Shown: one piece after another, positions 41,000 through 52,898 of the stretch | How the letters are laid out: each line of letters opens with the position of its first letter | Position numbering within the stretch: position 1 is the stretch's first letter | Assembly: GCA_028534125.1 (NCBI GenBank) | Contig: CM052817.1 | Location: forward strand, 61,072,001 to 61,136,000 | Direction: 5' to 3' | Length of the DNA: 64,000 nucleotides | DNA from: Lama glama | Lineage: Eukaryota | Notes under the pieces: model-generated | Databases searched by the model: none | The model's input: only the letters and a program-made list of their open reading frames with translations | Told to the model about the DNA's origin: nothing | Program-made: the position numbers and the translations under genes

Positions 41000-41352
41000 G
41001 TTGATGCCAACCCATTCTGCAGACTATTTCACCTACAGCAGCACATGCAGGTGGTTTCCGGAACACTGACAGTTCTAGAAAGTAAATACCCTGGAAAGGA
41101 GACACCCTCAATCAATGGGTGGGGGAATCAGCTGACAAATGTTCCAGAATCCCAGCTTACTGCTGGATGATTTTGAGATGAGTTTCTCAGTGAGTCCTCA
41201 ATGGGATGTGCCCACAGTAGTTACCCACACATTAATGCATCTATTATTGTCTTTTCTCTCTTGCCTTTGCTTCCTAACATGACTTCCCAAATAAATTAAC
41301 TGCATCTATGTCCTTGCCTCAAAGTATGATTTGGGGCAACCCAAATTAAGAA
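41000..41352 (+). mobile_element. ERVL solo LTR (LTR16-like)
   Basis: ttcccaaataaattaactgca...ttggggcaacccaaattaaga resembles the 3' end of LTR16/LTR33. Confidence 0.6.
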
Positions 41353-41399
41353 AGCAGCTTAAATATGATAGAAATGCATTGCTCTTTCTTGAGCCAGTT

Positions 41400-41745
41400 C
41401 AGAGGTATGTAGTTGACGGCTGATAGGATAGCCCTGCCATCCTCAACACGTTCTTTCTTTATGCAGTTACAGGATGGTCCAAGGTGGCTGTTCCACCTCT
41501 CCCCATCTCCCAGCCTGTGGAAAAGGGGAAAAAGCAAAGAGTGTACAATACCACTTCTTTTAAGGGCACATCCTTAAAGTGGTACACAACACCTCAGCTC
41601 ATGGATCTTTGGTCAGGACTTAAGTCATATGGCTACAAGACTGCAAAGGTGGCTGGGAAATGTCATCTCTATTGGGCAATCACGTACAAAGGTAAAACTT
41701 AAGAGTTCTGTTATTTAAGAAAGGGGGAAAGGATATTTGTGGTAA
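41400..41745 (-). mobile_element. MaLR LTR fragment (old MLT1)
   Basis: ggtcaggacttaagtcatatggcta...ctgcaaaggtggctgggaaatgtcatct. Confidence 0.6.
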
Positions 41746-41784
41746 ACAAATACCTGCACCTCTACAATGTCTTCTATTTTCTTA

Positions 41785-43545
41785 AACCAATTATATTTAT
41801 TGTGATTATTGGTAGGGTTGGGTTTAAATCTGCAATCTTGATATCTGTTTTGTGTTTGTCCCATCTGTTCTTGGTTCTCTTTTCCTCTTCCTTGGATTTG
41901 CTTTGGATTAATTCTTTTCTATGATTCCATTTATTTCTCTTTTTCAGCTTATTAATTATGTCTCTGTCTTATTTTAATGGTAGCTTAAGGGCTTACAGTA
42001 TTCATCTTTAACTTATCACTCTTACCTTCAAGTAATATCATTCCACTTCACCAATAGCATTAGAACCTTACAGTAATATACTTCCATTTCTCCCCTTCCA
42101 GCCTATGTGCTATTTGTCTTACATTTTAGTTTTATATGTGAATAATTTTCACAATATATTATTATTAATTTTGTTTAGTCAATTATCTTCTTAAAAATTT
42201 AAGTAATAAGAAAAAACTTACATATTTACCTATGCAATTGGCCTTTCCAGTGCCCTTTATTCCTTTGTGTAGATCTACATTTCTATCAGGTGTCATTTCC
42301 CATCTTCATGAAGGACTTCCTTTAGCATTTCTTGTACCACAAGTCTACTGATAATGAATTCTTTCAGCTTTTAAATCTCTGAAAAAGTATCTCACTTTCA
42401 TTTTTGAAAGACATTTTTGCTGGGTATAGAATTCTAGTTTTTTTCTTCCAGTACCTTAAAGGTGCTGCTTTACTATATTATTTTGAATTATTTTTTGACA
42501 AGAAATCCACTGTTGTTCTTATTCTTAGTCCTTTGTACATAACTGTCTTTTTTTTCTGGCTGCTTTCAAGATATTCTCTTGAAAATTTGATTTTTCTCCA
42601 AAATCACTGGTTTTCAGCAACTTAATTATTACATGCTGTGATATCACCTTTATTCATGTTTCTTGTGATTAGAGATTGTTGAGCTTCTTGGACCTATGGC
42701 TTATGGTTTTCATCAAATATGGAAAATTTCAGACACTATTTCTTCAAATATATTTTTTAAACTTCTTCCCTCCTTTGGGGACTTAAATTACATGTATATT
42801 CTTCTTGAAGCTATTCCATAACTAACCAATACTACTCTATTCCCTTTTCTTTTTTTAAGTTTTTCTTCATTCTTCATTTTGGATAGTTTCTATTTATATG
42901 TCTTCAAGTTCACTAATGTTTTCTTCTGCAATATTTAGTTTGCCATTATTTCCTCCAGTATATTTTTCATGTCAGACATTGTAATTTTCATCTCTAGAAA
43001 TTCATTTGATTTTTTAAAAATCTTTTATGTTTCAACAAATTCAGTCTTTCCTTTAGCTTATGGCATATACTGTATGTAATAACTATTTTTATGTCCTTGT
43101 CTGCTAATGATGACATCTGTGTCATTTTGGGTCAGTTTTGATTGATTTTTCTCCTCATTATGCATTATATTTTCCTGCTTCTTTGCATGCCTGGTAATTT
43201 TTTATTGATTCCAGAAATTGTAAATGTTATCTTGCTGGCTGCTAGATATTTTTGTATTCTTATAAACATTCTAGAGTTTTGTTTAATTCTTTTTGGCATT
43301 GCTTCTAAGATTTGTTAAGTAAAACCAAAGTTGTGTTTAATCTAGGACTAAACTACCTACTCAATACCCTGTGTATTGTAAGGTTTTCTATTCTGGCTGA
43401 TAGGAACAGGCTCTATTCCTGACCCTATGTAAAATTTGGTATTGTTCCCTTTTATCTTTTTGGCTGGTTCTTTTCCTGGCTTCATGAGCAGATCAATATT
43501 CAGCTGAGTTCTCCAGGACAACCCTCTGGAGATCTGTTACAACCT
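41785..43545 (-). mobile_element. Old L1 5'/ORF1 region, antisense
   Basis: T-rich; gaattctttcagctt...ttttgaaagacatttttgctgggtatagaattct, gagcttcttggacctatgg, tcttcaagttcactaatgttttcttctgca. Confidence 0.85.
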
Positions 43546-44519
43546 ATGTAAAGGCTAAGCCACTCAGAGTGGCAGAGAGTGAATATAAAAATGGTCTACC
43601 TCTAAAACAGAAGACTTTCACCCAGTAGAGGGGGAGAGAAGGTTGATGTGGGTGACTGAAATGTAAAGAGTTTCCCTTATTCATGCTCCCATCAACTGTG
43701 TCTGGAGGTCTTGGTACCAAGCACAGGTATGAACACCGGGGAGACTTACAAGAGAAGATAAATGACAAATGGGAGTCACTGCCCCTCAAAAAAGTGCCAC
43801 AGTATCTCTCTCCAATCTCTGAGGACAGATTCTTAGACTATGATGGACATTTTGCAAGAGGCTACAAAAATCAAACTAGGGAATGGAGAATTCACCACCT
43901 TAACTGAAGCCCAGAAACTATTAGTATAAATAGCATTTTCAACCTCCACCCTCAAAATCTATTTGTATCCATTAAGTGTAGTAGATTTTTTTCATTTTTG
44001 TTTTTCAGTTGAGAAAAGAAATGGAGAGTTTGGGATTATTGAACCCAAAGGACAGATGAGACGACAGACAGGAAGGGATGAGTGTATCAGCCACTAAGAC
44101 CCAAGAGCTAGTTTTTTTGCCCTTCTGAGGTTTTGGAGAAAAGTTAAGAGAATTTACTATGAAAGATTTAGGACACAATCAAAGCTACTTTAGGGCTAAA
44201 AAGTAAAACAGTCTGTCTACCTCTTTATTAAGATAATGTTTTGTCCCAGTAAAAGGGAATTTTGTTTTTAATGACAACATAGGCATTTGGGGGAACAGGC
44301 TCTCTCATGCAGTGCTGGGAAGATGGCAAATGAATTTATCCTTTTGGAAAGACAGTTTAGCAGAATGTTACAAAAATTTTAAGGTACATACCATTTGACC
44401 CAACAATTCCTCTTCTGAGAATCTACCTGAAGACTCTATCATACATGTACACAAAAATGCACACACAATTACTTTCATCATGTTACTACCTTTAATGGCA
44501 AAAAAAATGAGAAAGCCAC

Positions 44520-44964
44520 TGTTATAGGTTGAATTGTGTCCCCTTAACTCCCAATTCCTTGGAATGTGACCTTATTTGGAAATAGGCTCATTGGTTAAGA
44601 TGAGGTCATACTCAAGTAGGATGGGCCCCAATGCAACATGACTGGTGGGTGTCCTTATAGGAGAGAACACTTTGTAAATACAGGCATACACAGAGGGAAG
44701 ATGATGTGAAGACACACAGGGAAAAGATGGCCATGTGACTGGAGTGATGCATCTACTAGCCAAGACCACCAAGGACGGCCCAAAGACATCAGAAGCTAGA
44801 AGAGGAAAGGGATGATTCTCTCCTAGAACCATCAGAGAGAGCATGGCCCAGTGGAAACCTTGATTTCAGACTTCTGGCCTCCAGACTATGAGACAATAAA
44901 CTTCTTTGTGTTAAGCCACCTAATTTGTGTTACTTTGTTATAGCAGCCCTAGGAAACTAATACA
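44520..44964 (+). mobile_element. MaLR solo LTR MLT1B/C, inserted in an old L1 3' end
   Basis: tgttataggttgaattgtgtcccc...gcagccctaggaaactaataca with TG...CA ends; 5-bp TSD gccac (44515-44519 / 44965-44969). Confidence 0.92.
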
Positions 44965-45379
44965 GCCACTTAATGTATAGGGGAACAAGTAAATAAACAT
45001 TGGTACAATCACATCATAAAATAACACTTAAAAGTAGACAATATGTGCACATAGCAATGAATTATTTTCAAAAAAGCAAGTCATTTATTAATGCATATCA
45101 GAGAACTAAATATATCTATTTATATACATGTATATACTTCTTAATATTTTATGTATTTATTATGTATACACACGCACACATGTGTGCACATACACATCGT
45201 TGTAGGAGGATTGGAAGGACATAAACCAAATTCTTAACCATGTTTTGTGCTATGTTCTTCGATATTACTTTAATTTTTAGTAACATTAATGTAGTTATAT
45301 ATATTTCATATAATTTTTAAAAGATTTTTAAAAAAGAAAGTTCAAGCACTGTCTTGAAAATTATTCTTCAATAATTTTA

Positions 45380-46755
45380 CATTTTGACTGGACATTTTGT
45401 AAGACTAAAGTAAAAAGGAACTATACATAACCACTGTACCTAGTCAGCTAAGTCATTTCTCACAGGCGTACAAGCTAATAATTCTGAACTTGCTATACAT
45501 GTATAGGGGGACTGAACAAATAGGTAAATGCATAGCTGATGGTGGGAGCAGGCTTCTTGCTGTTGGAAAAAAGGAATATAGAGAGGAGGGGGAAGGCAAG
45601 AATGACACATGTGATACTAGATTAGATTTGAAGTCATCAGTCTGATCTCATTTTAAGTTAATATAGATATAGAGGGAAAGATAAAGCAATAACTATACAT
45701 ATGCACACAGACACAGGTAAGTATACATACATATATTTTCTAGCTCTGTCCACTGAGAGGCCCTAGAAACAATGACACCACAGTAGCAATGAACAACTCT
45801 AGAACCCAGAACTTGGTTTTCTTAATACTATTCTCCAATAAAAGGAACCATGGATCCTTGACAAAATGACCAATTCTAGAACCAGGGGAGGAAAAATGTG
45901 AGATGATACTGGAGCATCTTGTAGTGCCAGATAGTAAGAAAATACTCAAAAAAGGTGGGAGAGGGCAGGGAACACAGAAGCCAATATGACACCGGAGAAC
46001 AATTTAAGTAACCAAACAAATAACATAGTATTGAATTATAACTCAAAGTATAAAATAAATATCTGAGCCTATACTGATATAAAAATGATTACAAAAATGA
46101 ATTAAGTAGAAGAGAAGAGACAAATCTCCCATATAAAAGAATTCCAAACAGTTTACATGGGTACTCACCCCTTCAAGAAGGTGAAGCCTAACTCCCACCA
46201 CCCCTTGATTGCAGGCTGCACTTAGTGACTTGTTTACAAAGAGCAGAGGATGGAAATTTCTTTTTTTTAAACAAACAAAAGAATAACTTTACAGTGCAGA
46301 AACCTGACAGATATTATCTTGGCCAGATGATCAAGGTTAACATCATCAGTGATAAGTCAAGTTGATAGCAAATATACTTAACATGATGTGATGCCTCCCT
46401 GATCATCCTCCCAAACACCCAAAATCTGGGGCAATGCCAAACTGAGGGACATTCTACAAAATATCTAACTAGCACTCTTCAAAAAAAGGAATGTCTGAGA
46501 AAATATCACAGAAAAAAAGATGCTAAGGAGACATGATGACTAAGTGTAATGTGTATCCTGGATATGATCCTGGAACAGAAAAAAGGACATTAGGGAAAAC
46601 TTAGTGATATCTGAATAATCTGTGGAGGTTGTTTATTAGTAATGTATCAATACTGGTTCATCGGTGGTGACCAATGTACCATACTAATGCAAGATGTTAA
46701 CAATAAGGGAAACTGGGTGAGGGCTATGTAGGAACTTTGTACTATGTTCACAGTG
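45380..46755 (+). mobile_element. L1MC 3' UTR
   Basis: ggagcatcttgtagtgccagatagtaag, atcaaggttaacatcatcagtgataagtca, gatcctggaacagaaaaaaggacatta. Confidence 0.8.
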
Positions 46756-47109
46756 TTTTTCTTTTTAAATTTAAATTTTATTCATTTTCAATACATTCAA
46801 ATGGTTCAATTTTTTCACATTTAACATAAAATTTACTATCATATCCATTTCCAAGTATAAAGTTCCATAGCGTTAGGTATATTCTCACTGTTGTTCAGCC
46901 AATGTCAACTTTCTCATTTCGCAAAACTAAAACCCTATACCCATTAAACAACTCCTTATTTCCCCTTCCCCCAGCCCCTGGCAACCACGATTCTACTTTC
47001 TATCTCTATGGATTTGACTTCTCTGAATACCTCATATAAAAGGAATCATACAATATTTGTCTTTTTGTGACTAGCTTATTAGCATAAGGTTCATCCATTC
47101 TGTAGTCTG

Positions 47110-47461
47110 TGCCCTAGTCAGCTTGGGCTGCTGTAACAAGATACCATAAACGGTGGCTTAAACCACAGATATTTATTTCTCACAGTTCTGGAGGCTGGAA
47201 AGTCTGAGATCAGAGTGCCAGCATGGTCAGGTTCTCTTCCAAGCTGGCAGAATTCTTGCTATTTCCTCATATGGTGGAGAGAGAGAGCTCAAGTCTCTTT
47301 TTCTTATTATCAGGACACCAATTCCATCATGGGAGCTCCACCCTCATGACCTTATCTAAACCAGATTTCCTCCCAAAGGCCTTGCCTCCTAATACCATCA
47401 CGTTGGGGATTAGGATTTCAACATATGATTTGTAGGGGACACAAACATTCAGTCCAAAACA
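47110..47461 (-). mobile_element. MaLR solo LTR MLT1A-like, nested in L1
   Basis: gggctgctgtaacaagatacca...ctcacagttctggaggctggaaagtc...gggacacaaacattcagtccaaaaca. Confidence 0.88.
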
Positions 47462-47491
47462 GTCAAAGTTTCCCTTCTTGTTAAGGTTGAA

Positions 47492-47513
47492 GTGTGTGTG
47501 TGTGTGTGTGTGT
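47492..47513. repeat. (GT)11 microsatellite
   Basis: Direct reading. Confidence 0.95.
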
Positions 47514-48619
47514 ATCCATCCATTAACATTTGGGTTGCTTCCACCTGTTGGCTGTGATGAATAGTGATGCTATGAACACAGGTGTATAAATATCTCTTTG
47601 AGACCCTGCTTTCAATTCTTTCGAATATATACCCAGAAATGGAATTGTTGGATCATATGGTAATTCTATTCCTAATTTAGGTCTCAGGGTTAGATCGTTA
47701 ATCCTTTTGAGTTAATTTTTGTATGTGGTGTTAGATAAGGTTCAACTTAATGTTTTTGCTAGTGGATATCCAGTTTTCCTAACATTTGTTAAAGAGGAGG
47801 GAGACTACCCTTTCCCTGTTGAATCATGTTGGCACCCTTGTTGAAAATCATTTGATCTCATTTGCTAGTTTGTTTTTGGACTGTCTAATCTGTTTACATG
47901 GTCTACATGTCTGTCTTTATGTCAGTACCACACTGTTTTGACTATTTTAGCTTCATAATAATTTTTGAAATCAGGAATCGTTAAGACCTCCAACTTTATT
48001 CTTCTTTTTCAAGAAGTTTTTTGGCTATTCAGAGTTTCTTGAGATGCTAGACAAATTTTAGCACATTTTAATATAAATCTAAAATTATTCTAAAATTTAA
48101 AATTTATCAAAAATGTCATGGATATTTTTATCTGTCAACAAATATAGATATTCCTACATATTTTAATGACTGCAAAATACAATATTGTATGTATGTGCTA
48201 CAATTTATTTACACAATTCCTTTGATGGACATTTGAAGTTTTGTCAATGTTAGGCTTTCCACACTACTTCAGTGAACACCCATGTGCACATATCTTTTCT
48301 AACAAGGGCAATTATCTTTTCAGAAGTCAGCACTTGGAGCAGAATTGCTAAATTGAAGGACATGCTCATTTTAAATGTTGACTTATACCAAACTGCACTA
48401 TAAATTAGTACTAGTATCAAATTTTCAACAGTGTATAAGAGAGTTTACTCTTCTCTCTTTAGAGTTTTGTTTGTCCTTTTCATCCTTGCTAATGATGGGC
48501 TAAAATTGATGCCTCCTAAGTGCTTTAACTGCATTCATTTGTAATCACTTAAACCTTAAAATTGAGTGTTACCTTCTCAGATCATGTAAATTTCAAAACT
48601 TTAACTTTTCCCATTGTCT

Positions 48620-49115
48620 TTAATAGAAATGTTTCTCAGTGACAAGTCATAGAAATTGACTATGACTAACTTTAGCAGAAGATAATGTTCTGGAAGCAAA
48701 TCAGCAGAGTCAAAGAACTGACTGAGGCTAAGGAATCAACTTTTTAAAATAAGAGATGGGGCTCCTGAGAGTAAGGCAAAAGAACTACAGCAACGGTCCC
48801 TAATCAAGAAGGATTTGATCAGCAGATTACCACGATGCAATGAATAATTTTCATCTATCTTTGTGTCCTTCATTCACTCTTCCAAAGTCCTGAGAGAGAG
48901 AAGTATCTAATCGGCTAGGTCTAAATCACATGCCTGCTCCCTGGCTGCCCCAGACAGAAAGAAAACTGACCCCTTCAGTTTCCACAGTGAGAAGTGAGTT
49001 CTGTCTCTCATCAAGTACACAAACAATGGGCATTCTCCAGCAGAAAGATGAGACTGCTATTAAAGACAGACTGCGATGCTGAAACGCCCCCAAATTGGCA
49101 AATGTCCACTATACA
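48620..49115 (-). mobile_element. Old MaLR LTR (MLT1K/L-like)
   Basis: ggctaggtctaaatcacatgcctgctccct...aaatgtccactataca. Confidence 0.55.
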
Positions 49116-49207
49116 GGGGCAAAACAAAACAAAACAAAACAAAACAAAAAAAAACCCATGCTTATCACCTAGGGAACTTTTTCCGTGTCTATAATTAAAG
49201 CCTACTT

Positions 49208-49242
49208 ATCACTTCTTGGCCTTTTGGCTAAGATCAAGTGTA
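49208..49242 (+). pseudogene. RNU2: U2 snRNA 3'-truncated (tailless) retropseudogene, nt 1-35
   Basis: atcacttcttggccttttggctaagatcaagtgta vs U2 ATCGCTTCTCGGCCTTTTGGCTAAGATCAAGTGTA (2 CpG transitions); TSD tataattaa(ag/gg)(c/a)ctactt at 49190-49207 and 49241-49258. Confidence 0.93.
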
Positions 49243-50099
49243 TAATTAAGGACTACTTAAAGAATACTAGGTGAATGTTCCTTCAGATTGATGTTATGGG
49301 TACCCTTAATCTGTATAGGTAGTGTTTTTTTCAACTAAATATTATGGATATTTTATATCTTCAGCAAAAGCTAGTATGCCAATAGATATTTGAGTTTATA
49401 TTTTGACAAGATTAATTTCTATTAGGTTCTGACATTTAAAATCTTGTAGTGAATCCAAGAACCTCAAAAAGATTACAACAATCTGTTTTAATAATGCTCC
49501 TGAGGGAAGAAACTTTTCTACTTAAATGAATTCTACAAGCATATGTTTGAGACTCAGATAAAAAAACAAAACAAAACAAATCTTCATGACAATACAAAGT
49601 TACCTGATCAAAACAGACAAATCTATAAATCTGTATGTATAAAAAATAATGTGACAATTTTGTATTTATGTATTGTATAGATATTTTTAACCTGAGATAC
49701 TATAAGACACTTAAGCAGTTTGCCAGAATTATTTACTTTTCAGCCAATGATTGAAACTTCATGAACATAGTTTCAAAGATGATAAAGAAAATGTCTAAAA
49801 CTCCATTCTACTCCTTATTCTAAAGTAATCACCCTGATCCTTATCAAAGCTTCTTTAGCCAAAATGGAAATTACATCCGAGGTAAACATTTTAAATTATC
49901 AGGAAAAAAAGTTGTAGGATATTACATAATGAAGATGTCTTAGTGCTAATTAAAATAATGTCAAATATCACAAAAATTATTTTTAAAATCTCTGAGTTTT
50001 TGGCAAATGGAGGGATGAGAATTCCCATTATTTTCAGGCCAGAAGGTAAAAAGTAGACAATTGCTCTCCCACTTGTAGCCATTTTTCTGAGATTGTAAA

Positions 50100-50212
50100 T
50101 TGTAACCACCTTACACATTACATTTGGCTCCAAACGACTTTTGGTTATGGCTATTCCCAGAAATAAAATCCACACTCAAAGAACAAAAATTCATGACTAA
50201 GAACGATATTGG
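50100..50212 (+). mobile_element. Mariner transposase remnant (MARNA-like)
   Basis: Frame from 50106 reads PPYTLHLAPNDFWLWLFPEIKSTLKEQKF, matching the mariner PPYSPDLAPSDFxLF motif. Confidence 0.75.
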
Positions 50213-51789
50213 GTCTATAATTCAGCTTGCTACTGAAGTCTTACCTACACATAAGACTTTAATGGTGATGCTCATGGAAATATTCTGGTCCACATGGATT
50301 CTATTCTTTCTTTCTATGGCAAACTTTCTCTTAGTATAAACATCAGTCTTGGATAACACTAGTACATCCTTGAGAGATTCTATCCCTCAGAATAGGTTAA
50401 GTTATTCTAAGATAAATGACCCCTAAAAACCTCAGTGATTACAACACAGGCTTCTACAGATCTGGTCTATGCAATCTCCACTCTGGATTCCCAGCCTTAC
50501 GGAATAGTTCCTATCAGGAATATCATAGGTTATAATTGTAGCACCAGAGAAAGAGAACACGAAAAACCTCTACCCAGAAGTGATAACAGCAAGGCAAGTC
50601 ACCTCACCTCACCTGAGTTCAACAAGGTGGAAATATATTATCTTTATTCTGGAAGGGCCAACACATGCTGGGAAATAATCTACTAGAGATATGTTCTTAC
50701 TTTTCAAGGGTTGACAGAATTACATGTCTGAGCCTGAAAAGTTAAGGAAAAGACCCACCAAAATATTTGCTGCTTTGGGGGACATCTTGGGTGCTCTGGT
50801 AGTCACACTCCGTTCTCTTTCAAACTTCAACTGAACACCTTTCTAATACCTATTAACTACTAATGATCTACTAACACCTATAATGAAATAAGTGGTATTA
50901 ATATACAATTCAATGTTGTAGGCCCCTGAAGCCATCACTAGACCAGCTATACAGCTCTTTGATTTCAGAGAAGCAGGGATGTCCTTTTCAGGGTGGAGAC
51001 TAAAGACTACTCTTTCAGCTATTCTCTGCATCCTACAGTAAACCTAAATGAAATAATTTAGATGCGTTAGGGGTCAACATAACATGTAGCAGACTGCAGC
51101 CCATCTTCAACTCCCTCCCAGCAAATCTACCTATCCACTATTAGTGTATGAAATTTTTGGATAAGTTTTAAGTTCTGAAAATGTACCTGCCTAAATCTAT
51201 ATCATGTGTTGGTATGGCAAAATTCTAAGAATTTTTCTATTTTAACTCACTGTTACACAAACCCCACCATAAAGATACTTGGTCATTAGGATATTTGAAG
51301 TTTGGGAATCAGTGCACACATTTTGTATATGCCCAATGATTAAAGCTAAAATAAGGCCCAGCATAAACTAGAAAATGTTAGCTGATGCCTTGTAAGAGGC
51401 ATACACATGTGATACTGCATAAAAACTCTAAGAAACCACTTAGGAGCCATCTATTAACTACAGAGAGAGAGTTTTTTCTGTTGTTTATTTTCAATTTCAT
51501 ACTTAAAAATGACAAGAGGATCCCTTCAAAAATATTTTCATTAAATTGATAAAACTGGATTAAGTATATTAATGAGCTAACTTATTTGATGGATAAAAGA
51601 AATAAACAACAAATTCACAAAAGAAAGTATTCATAAAAAGCATTACTTGATGTTTTGCTTCCTCAGTAATCAACAAAATATAAATTAACATTTTTTTCTT
51701 TCTAATTGACATCGAATTTTTTTTTAAACAGGTCACTTAAAATAGGTGAATATGTGCCTACTGTATACAACTAAAAAAGTACAATTTCA

Positions 51790-52345
51790 ACGTCAATCTC
51801 CCCAATATAACCTATGCTTCATTCTTGTTAAAAATTATTAACCTGAATCTAACCATAAGAAATAGTTTTTTTAAAATCTAGATTATTGAACAGTCTACAA
51901 GCTATTTGGCTTGGACTATTCAAAAATATAAAGACTATTATAAAACAAAAAACAATGGGAGTAGGAATATTCTAGATTTAAGGAGACTATTTAAATAGGA
52001 AACTAAATAGTCTCCTTTAATCTAATGATAACAATATGCAATGTGTATCCTTGGCTGGACTCTGGATTGAAAGAGAGGAAAGAAAGAAAGAAAGGGAGTC
52101 AGCAGGGGAGGGAAAGACAGAGGGAGGAAGGGAAGAAGGAAAGCTATATGGCTCCATAAAGGGCATTTGGGGGCCAAATGAGGACATTTGAGTATGGACT
52201 ATATTTTAGAAACTGTTACGATATTAACATTAAATTCTTGAGAAAACAGTATTGAATTTTTGTAGGAGAGTGTCCTTGCTTTAGGAAAACACAAAGGCAC
52301 TGAAGAACAAAAACGCGGTATCTGTACCTTACTTTCAAAGAGTTC
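51790..52345 (+). mobile_element. Old L1MC/ME 3' UTR fragment
   Basis: taacctgaatctaaccataag, tgcaatgtgtatccttggctggactctggatt, tgtaggagagtgtccttgctttaggaaa. Confidence 0.65.
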
Positions 52346-52871
52346 AGCAGCAACAACAGCAACAACAAGAACAACAACAGGAGTTCCAATATAAGGCATT
52401 AATGAAAATATAATTTATAATAACAAAATATGATTATAGTCCAAATAACTACGGTTGAAATCTCTATATAATGAAGTTATATATATATTAAAATATGTTT
52501 ATACTTTTAATTAGTTTTCCCTTAAGGAACATATATTTAAGGGGAGCTTTTCCAAAAGGTTTCTTTCTTTCTTTTTTTTTTAAGACCAGTAAGTTTCTAA
52601 AGTAGCATTGCAATTTCTCATTGATCAGTTCTTTCAGCTTCAAGGATTCCATGCAAACAAACACCCTGGTAAAAAATATGATAAACGCACGATAGTTTCA
52701 AAGTTTGCTTCCTGTAGTCAAAAGAAGGACTGAGTAGGAAAGACAGAAATGAGATGGTAAACAGCCAAGTGTGTACTATGTAGTTTAAGAATGCTGAAAT
52801 CGTAGATTTTAAGATACTTTTCAGATATTCTGGAATAAGACAGACACAAAGCATTTATCAGCAAACACCTT

Positions 52872-52898
52872 GTCCTCGTTTCGGCAGCACATATACTA
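52872..52898 (+). pseudogene. RNU6: U6 snRNA 3'-truncated (tailless) retropseudogene, nt 1-27
   Basis: gtcctcgtttcggcagcacatatacta vs U6 GTGCTCGCTTCGGCAGCACATATACTA (2 mismatches); TSD tatcagc(a/t)aacacctt at 52856-52871 and 52897-52912. Confidence 0.9.

Larger units (their letters stand above)
46760..48060 (-). mobile_element. L1MB-like 3' end/ORF2 fragment
   Basis: ccccagcccctggcaaccacgattctactttc, atatacccagaaatggaattgttggatcatatggtaattctat, gtcagtaccacactgttttga. Confidence 0.85.
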
